From a virus, in the IMG/VR virus record IMGVR_UViG_3300005265_000549, positions 25,202-89,201 of that record: a DNA stretch of 64,000 nt; one strand, given 5' to 3'. Position 1 is the first letter of the stretch; every line of letters begins with the position of its first letter. Positions 58,811-64,000 of this stretch are shown in pieces. The translations under genes and the position numbers were made by a program. The notes under the pieces are model-generated. The model did not search any database, was not told the DNA's origin, and saw only the letters and a list, made by a program, of their open reading frames with translations.

Positions 58811-59191
58811 TTAAAGTCCTTGTAATTGTAAGGTAATTTGAACATTTCCTATTGAATTTAATTTAATAATGATATATTCTATATCAATATAATATTGTAA
58901 ATTTTCATTATCTGCTTGTATATCTATATTATTTATCTGAATCCTAGGTTCATGATTTTCAAGTGCAAAATTTATTTCATTTCTAATTAATAATTCTGTA
59001 ACTAATGACATTTTTTCAAATAAAATATTATTTAACCCAGAACCAAATAGAGGATCAAAAGGAACTTCTCCTCTATTAGTAAATAAAATATTTTTAATTG
59101 ATTGATTAATTGATTTATAATCTTCTAATGTTTCAATATCATTAGTAATAATTTTATCAAATTCAAAATTAAAATCTGAATAAATTGACAT
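58811..59191 (-). CDS. 25: Baseplate wedge subunit gp25 (start corrected to MSIYSDF)
   Basis: SI.QSIKNIL.T..GE.PF.P.FG and EPRI; GGAG SD before ATG 59191. Confidence 0.9.
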   Translation of the reverse strand: MSIYSDFNFEFDKIITNDIETLEDYKSINQSIKNILFTNRGEVPFDPLFGSGLNNILFEKMSLVTELLIRNEINFALENHEPRIQINNIDIQADNENLQYYIDIEYIIIKLNSIGNVQITLQLQGL

Positions 59192-59193
59192 TT

Positions 59194-59493
59194 TTACTCC
59201 GCAAATGTTTTTAATGATGATGTTATAATTGTACCAACAGGACAAGCAGAAACTACATCACCTAATCTTGCTGCTTGTTGATTTTCAGCATATACTGACT
59301 TTGCTGAAGTAACTATTATTGTTATATGTCCACAATCACATAAAGCAATATCACCTAGACGTGCTACTTGTTGATTTTCAGCATATACTGATTTAGCACC
59401 TGTAATAATTGTTCCTATTGTATGTCTACAACCACTATGACAACAACAAACACATGAAACCAAATCTCCAACTCTTGACATTAAATTATTCAT
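59194..59493 (-). CDS. PAAR-like spike tip protein (gp5.4-like)
   Basis: SRVGD, VARLGD and AARLGD repeats with Cys/His metal ligands. Confidence 0.85.
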   Translation of the reverse strand: MNNLMSRVGDLVSCVCCCHSGCRHTIGTIITGAKSVYAENQQVARLGDIALCDCGHITIIVTSAKSVYAENQQAARLGDVVSACPVGTIITSSLKTFAE

Positions 59494-60149
59494 GATATTT
59501 CATATAACATAGAAAATAAAAGTGGATATTTTTCTATTGAATTTAATAATGAATATTTTTTAATATAATTCATTGCATCATCATAACCATTGTTATCTGC
59601 ATCAACTTTATTTTCTAATGTTACTGTAATTAAATTTAAATTTGTTTTATAATATGTTAATTCTAAATCTAATTCAATTAATTCTGATAAAGAATAATCA
59701 CCTGGCATTGAAGATAAAAATGTATTAAAATTTTTATAATCATTTTTAATAGTTGAAAGATAAGATGATTCCAATGATGAAAGATTATCTATAACAATCT
59801 TATGAACTCCATAAGTATCATCAATTTCTAATGGATCTAAATTATCTTCACTTAAAATATTTGATTTTAAATTTGCCATTGATATTAAAACAATTAATTT
59901 TTGTTCAAAAAATTCATGTCTTTCATCATTTAATTCTTCTAAATAATCTTTGAAATTATTAACAATAGTTTGTAAATCACCTATTAAACCATCAAAAATT
60001 GCTTTTTCATCAGTATCAGAACAAGTAACATCTGTTGTCATTGTACTTAATTTTAAAATTGATGATGATACATAATTAATGATTGAAGAGTAAGGATTCT
60101 TCAATGATGATCCATTAATAAGATTATTTATTTTATTAGTAATAGTCAT
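59490..60149 (-). CDS. Hypothetical helical baseplate-region protein
   Basis: Operonic ORF between gp5 and the PAAR gene. Confidence 0.55.
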   Translation of the reverse strand: MTITNKINNLINGSSLKNPYSSIINYVSSSILKLSTMTTDVTCSDTDEKAIFDGLIGDLQTIVNNFKDYLEELNDERHEFFEQKLIVLISMANLKSNILSEDNLDPLEIDDTYGVHKIVIDNLSSLESSYLSTIKNDYKNFNTFLSSMPGDYSLSELIELDLELTYYKTNLNLITVTLENKVDADNNGYDDAMNYIKKYSLLNSIEKYPLLFSMLYEIS

Positions 60150-61022
60150 TTAATTTAACTCTATTTTTGAACCAGTGATAACAACTTTTCCACTTGATTT
60201 TATATTTGTTTGCCCACCAGTTGTTATATTTGAATCACCACCAACATCGATATTTAATGTTTCATTTATTTTTTCATTTTTACTTTTATTAATTAAAATA
60301 TTTTTTGCTCCATCTATATGAACATTTTTATTTCCTTCAATAAGAATATTATCATCAGAAATAATAATTGTTGTTTGTTTATTTTTAATATTATTTACTA
60401 CTTGTCCATCTGGAAAATATTCTTGAAAACTACCTGATTTATGATATATATGAATTCTTTCTTTTCCATTTGTATCATCTATTTCAATAATATGTCCTGA
60501 TTTAGTTTCAATAACTCTATTATCTGGATATTTTGAATCATATTCTGTTTTTGGTTCATCAAAAGAAGTTCCATTACAATTTATACCAGTTTTAACATTA
60601 TTTTTTTTATCTTGAATAATAGTTTTTTCTATTTTTTCATTTCTTGCAAGTCTAGAAATTGGAGATTCATTTTTATATTCTTTATTAGGATGTTTTCCAG
60701 CTGGATCAGAAAAACCTAAAGTAAAATCAGGTTGTTGTTGTAAAATTTTTGGAATTGTTCCAAAATAAATAGGATGTTGAAATTCTGAATCTAAAAATAA
60801 AATTAAAACATAAGAACCTTGTTCTGGAACTTTAAAATCACTAATACCATCAATTGAATTTGTAAAACATGGAACTGCCCAAGGTAGATCATCAACATTT
60901 AAAAATTTATTATCTATTTCATTATTTTTATTTTCAGTATGAATTCCAATAATTCTAACTTTTATTCTTCCTAATTTTAAAGGATCTGAAGAATTATCTT
61001 CACAAACTCCGACAAAAATCAT
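60150..61022 (-). CDS. 5: Baseplate central spike (gp5-like; OB-fold + short beta-helix, no lysozyme domain)
   Basis: DPLKLGRIKVRIIG.H, LPWA and YPDNRV.ET.SGH..EIDDT...ERIHIYHKSG. Confidence 0.9.
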   Translation of the reverse strand: MIFVGVCEDNSSDPLKLGRIKVRIIGIHTENKNNEIDNKFLNVDDLPWAVPCFTNSIDGISDFKVPEQGSYVLILFLDSEFQHPIYFGTIPKILQQQPDFTLGFSDPAGKHPNKEYKNESPISRLARNEKIEKTIIQDKKNNVKTGINCNGTSFDEPKTEYDSKYPDNRVIETKSGHIIEIDDTNGKERIHIYHKSGSFQEYFPDGQVVNNIKNKQTTIIISDDNILIEGNKNVHIDGAKNILINKSKNEKINETLNIDVGGDSNITTGGQTNIKSSGKVVITGSKIELN

Positions 61023-62215
61023 ATATTTTTTCTCCCTTTTATTTTTTCAAATTCTTTAAAATTAAAAAATGAATTTTTAATTAATTTTACATTTTGTTCA
61101 AAATAACCTGTTCTATAAATAATATGATTTATATTAGTAACAAACCAATTTCCATATAATAAAGTATTTATATCATTATCATCTTTTATTTGTCTTCTAA
61201 TATCAAGATTAAAAACTTGTCCAACTGTTTTTGTTGAATCACCATTTAATTTTACAATCATATGATACTTAGATAAAGCTTTTAATAATAAACTTCTATA
61301 AGAAAGATGTTCACCAGAATTTTTATAAGTTATATTAATATTATTGTAATTTGATAATTCTTTTCTATTTTGAACATTTTTACCTAAAAATGTTCCTTTT
61401 TCAGTTGCTGAAATAAAATCATTATTAAAGACATTAAAACCATAAATATTATCTAAAATTTGATAATATGTATTTCCAAAACTTCCTAATTTAAGAAGTT
61501 CTAAATCATTAAAATATTTTGAAATTGTTTTACTTTTTATTATATTATATTTATATAAAGATTCATTAGTATCTTTAAAAAATAATTCATGAGTTGGTTT
61601 TTTACTCATTAATTCACTTAATGATGTAAAATTAAAACCATTTATATTTTCAAAAAACAAAAAATCATGATATTTATTTTTTGAATATTTTGTTAAATAA
61701 TTAAATATTTCTGATGGTTTCCAAAAATTACTTATAAATTCAATTTTTTCAATATTTGATTCAAAATTAATATTTTTCTTTGATTTAAAAATATCAGTAA
61801 ATATTTTTTGAATTATGTTATTTGGAGTATCATTAAATTTTTTACTAAATTTAAATTGTTCATTTAAAATAAATTCTTTTGAAGCAAAATAAATAACGAC
61901 TAATGATGCATCTTTTATTTTTGATTGAACATTTAAATCTTTTTCTATTTTATAAATATAATATGTTTGAATATTATTTTTATTAAAATCATTATTAGTA
62001 TTAAAAAATATTGTTATTTCTTCACCACCAACAATAGGAAAAGTTTCAATTATATTATTTGTATCTTCTAAAATTAATTTACCTGTTTTAAAATTTGAAA
62101 AAATATCTTCAAAAATATTAACTGAAACAAATACATTTTTTAATGAAACTTCTTTTTCATCATTTTTTAAATTTAATTTATATAAATTAGCATTAGATAT
62201 TATTTCATTAATCAT
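61019..62215 (-). CDS. Baseplate hub protein (gp27-like)
   Basis: IFEDIF....G...L.D, PIVGGE, FLFFEN..GFNF.S and G.W.VT.I.H. Confidence 0.75.
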   Translation of the reverse strand: MINEIISNANLYKLNLKNDEKEVSLKNVFVSVNIFEDIFSNFKTGKLILEDTNNIIETFPIVGGEEITIFFNTNNDFNKNNIQTYYIYKIEKDLNVQSKIKDASLVVIYFASKEFILNEQFKFSKKFNDTPNNIIQKIFTDIFKSKKNINFESNIEKIEFISNFWKPSEIFNYLTKYSKNKYHDFLFFENINGFNFTSLSELMSKKPTHELFFKDTNESLYKYNIIKSKTISKYFNDLELLKLGSFGNTYYQILDNIYGFNVFNNDFISATEKGTFLGKNVQNRKELSNYNNINITYKNSGEHLSYRSLLLKALSKYHMIVKLNGDSTKTVGQVFNLDIRRQIKDDNDINTLLYGNWFVTNINHIIYRTGYFEQNVKLIKNSFFNFKEFEKIKGRKNI

Positions 62216-62674
62216 TTAAATACTCTTTATTACTTCTGATAATACTGTTCCAATATATAAAGGATTAATTACTTTAATAATTCTTTTATTATCATTTTCT
62301 AAAATTAATATTTCTACTTGAGATATATAATAATTCATAGCTTCTGTATTAGTATTTAAATTAACATCATCACCATAAATTTTCTTTGTTCTATCTTTTG
62401 CTATTAAATATAAAATTTCTTCAGATATTGGAAGATCAAAAATAATATCATCTATTTTATTTAATAATGCTAAAATCCACCAATAATCAGTTTTATTATA
62501 TAATTCAAATGATATTGTATCTAATCGTTTTATTCCATCAATTCTATAGATATCAATAAATTCATTATCATCTAAAATTATATTAAGATGGAAAAATATA
62601 TTTTTCATCTTAGCAGTGGATGAAATACTAGAAATTGTATATTCTAAAGTTGGTAAATTTGAAAAATATTGCAA
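62216..62674 (-). CDS. 53: Baseplate wedge protein (gp53)
   Basis: YFSNLP..Y, R.DTIS..LY..TDYWWIL.LLN.I.D and ENDNKRII; TTG start. Confidence 0.85.
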   Translation of the reverse strand: MQYFSNLPTLEYTISSISSTAKMKNIFFHLNIILDDNEFIDIYRIDGIKRLDTISFELYNKTDYWWILALLNKIDDIIFDLPISEEILYLIAKDRTKKIYGDDVNLNTNTEAMNYYISQVEILILENDNKRIIKVINPLYIGTVLSEVIKSI

Positions 62675-62692
62675 AATTAAATCCTTTTTTAT

Positions 62693-63355
62693 TTATGATG
62701 GAACATCACTTTGACTAGCTCGATATAATTCTTTAAAATCTATTGACATTTTTACAGAAAGAGGATGTCCTGTTTTATACATTCTTAGAACACCATCTGG
62801 AGTATAATTAACAGTAAAATTTGTAATCACACAATCTTGAATATAAATTCCCATTGGATTTTGACTAACAGGAAATAAATTCCACATGGCTGGATAATGA
62901 ATTAATTGTCCTGTGTATGTGGGTAAAGATTCTTTTCTAATTTTAGAAATAATCTTTGATAATATAGTTGCTTCTTCTTCACTAGATGGTATTAAATCCC
63001 AAGAAAAAGAATAAGTTCTAAAATTAGATCCATTATATGATAATGAAGCATAATCATTAATAAATTCTCCTTTTATTAAATGTTTTAGTGGTGTACCACC
63101 ACTTTCAATCATTTTTTTACCAAATCCAGCTTTTGCACCTTCTTTGAAAGATATTAAACCTTCAGTTTCATCCCAATTAGAACCTTCAGTTAGATTTAAC
63201 CCTTCTGAAGGAGTCGGAAGAATTATTTTTACTGAATCTGGAATTTTATTAATTTTTTGATAAAATCTATGTGATTTTAATGTAATTCTATAACTAATAG
63301 GAATCATCAAAAAAGAATCACCTTTGTTTGAAATATCTTTTGGAAATTGTAACAT
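62693..63355 (-). CDS. Baseplate tail-tube cap (gp48-like)
   Basis: LQFP.D, LP.P, FRTYSFSW.L.P.S.EEA, CVIT...VNYTP.G and F.EL. Confidence 0.8.
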   Translation of the reverse strand: MLQFPKDISNKGDSFLMIPISYRITLKSHRFYQKINKIPDSVKIILPTPSEGLNLTEGSNWDETEGLISFKEGAKAGFGKKMIESGGTPLKHLIKGEFINDYASLSYNGSNFRTYSFSWDLIPSSEEEATILSKIISKIRKESLPTYTGQLIHYPAMWNLFPVSQNPMGIYIQDCVITNFTVNYTPDGVLRMYKTGHPLSVKMSIDFKELYRASQSDVPS

Positions 63356-63390
63356 TTATACCTCACTTATTTATTTTATTTATCAGATAG

Positions 63391-63424
63391 AAAAAGCGAC
63401 GATTCAATTAAGGATCGTCGCTTT
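63391..63424 (-). terminator. Intrinsic terminator after the major capsid gene
   Basis: aaagcgacgat / atcgtcgcttt stem with a T run on the - strand. Confidence 0.85.
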
Positions 63425-63449
63425 AATATATTTAAATTAAGTTAATAAT

Positions 63450-63998
63450 CTAATTAGGTAAACTATTAACTGTAATTTTTTGATAATAATTCTTAGCACC
63501 GAAAGGATTTTCAGTTAAACCATATCTTGTGCTGAAGAATAAACGTGGAATATTATCTTCTTCACCATAACCTTTATTTACACGAAGTGGAATATAAGGA
63601 CAGTAATAAAGACCAGCATCAATTTCTGAACCACCTTTATAACCTAAGTAAACAGCTTCTTCTGCAGTAGTTGGGAATAAATCAACAAAAACTTTCATTC
63701 CATCAAAAGTACCAACAAAAGCATTACTTAAAGGATCGCCATTTGATTTAAATCTTCCAGTTGCTTCTAATGCTGTTAAAACTCCAGAAGTAACAATCAT
63801 AAAAGTTGCTTGACCACGACGATTAGCAACAGCTAATTTACGACGTTGTCGAGAAATAATATTAATTAATGAAGTTAAAGCAGCATAAGCTTTGATTTGA
63901 TCAATAAATTCTCTATTCATTTCACGAACAATTTCATCACCAGCTACGCCAGAAAGTAATTGTTCTGCATTTAAACCATGAACAGCTCTTAAATCGTC
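63450..63998 (-). CDS. 23: Major capsid protein gp23, C-terminal part (gene continues beyond the window)
   Basis: DDLRAVHGLNAE...EI.REMNRE, RRG, GYKG.SE.DAG.YYCPY.PL and TRYGL.ENPF. Confidence 0.9.
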   Translation of the reverse strand, partial: DDLRAVHGLNAEQLLSGVAGDEIVREMNREFIDQIKAYAALTSLINIISRQRRKLAVANRRGQATFMIVTSGVLTALEATGRFKSNGDPLSNAFVGTFDGMKVFVDLFPTTAEEAVYLGYKGGSEIDAGLYYCPYIPLRVNKGYGEEDNIPRLFFSTRYGLTENPFGAKNYYQKITVNSLPN

Positions 63999-64000
63999 TT

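Noticed and set aside
1-64000. tRNA or rRNA genes
   Set aside because: No cloverleaf or T-loop (GTTCRA) structure was seen in the few intergenic gaps. A tRNAscan-SE run would be decisive.

Overview
The window is a very AT-rich segment of a large T4-like myophage genome in the standard genetic code. A Campylobacterota-type host is a weak inference from the QueD/FolE sequence style. The + strand (1-23 kb) carries a gp23/24-like capsid paralog and a cluster of proteins with T4-type N-terminal capsid-targeting peptides: a ligase-fold NTase, a PD-(D/E)XK nuclease, a Pol-beta NTase, a 1285-aa PARP-like ADP-ribosyltransferase, a HIGH-type NTase and a P-loop kinase. Next come a 7-deazaguanine DNA-modification operon (queD, queE, DpdL-like, glycosyltransferase, folE, DpdA/TGT; no queC in the window) and the replication/late-transcription block (gp45, 44, 62, regA, 33, 59, 32). 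The - strand (23-64 kb) carries morphogenesis genes: the 3' end of gp23, baseplate, fibres, a lysis-like cassette, neck, terminase, sheath, a free-standing Hef-like endonuclease and tube. Four points stand out. (1) A ~10.1-kb fibre gene (46368-36263, ~3,370 aa) is split by one in-frame UGA and one frameshift; its last 900 codons contain no Met and are absent from the ORF track. (2) There is a battery of probably capsid-packaged, injected nucleotide-transfer enzymes. (3) A glycosyltransferase sits inside a DpdL-type deazaguanine operon. (4) Two RBS-occluding hairpins have late promoters in their loops, and a structured leader precedes the homing endonuclease. All assignments come from motif recognition by eye; no database search was run.
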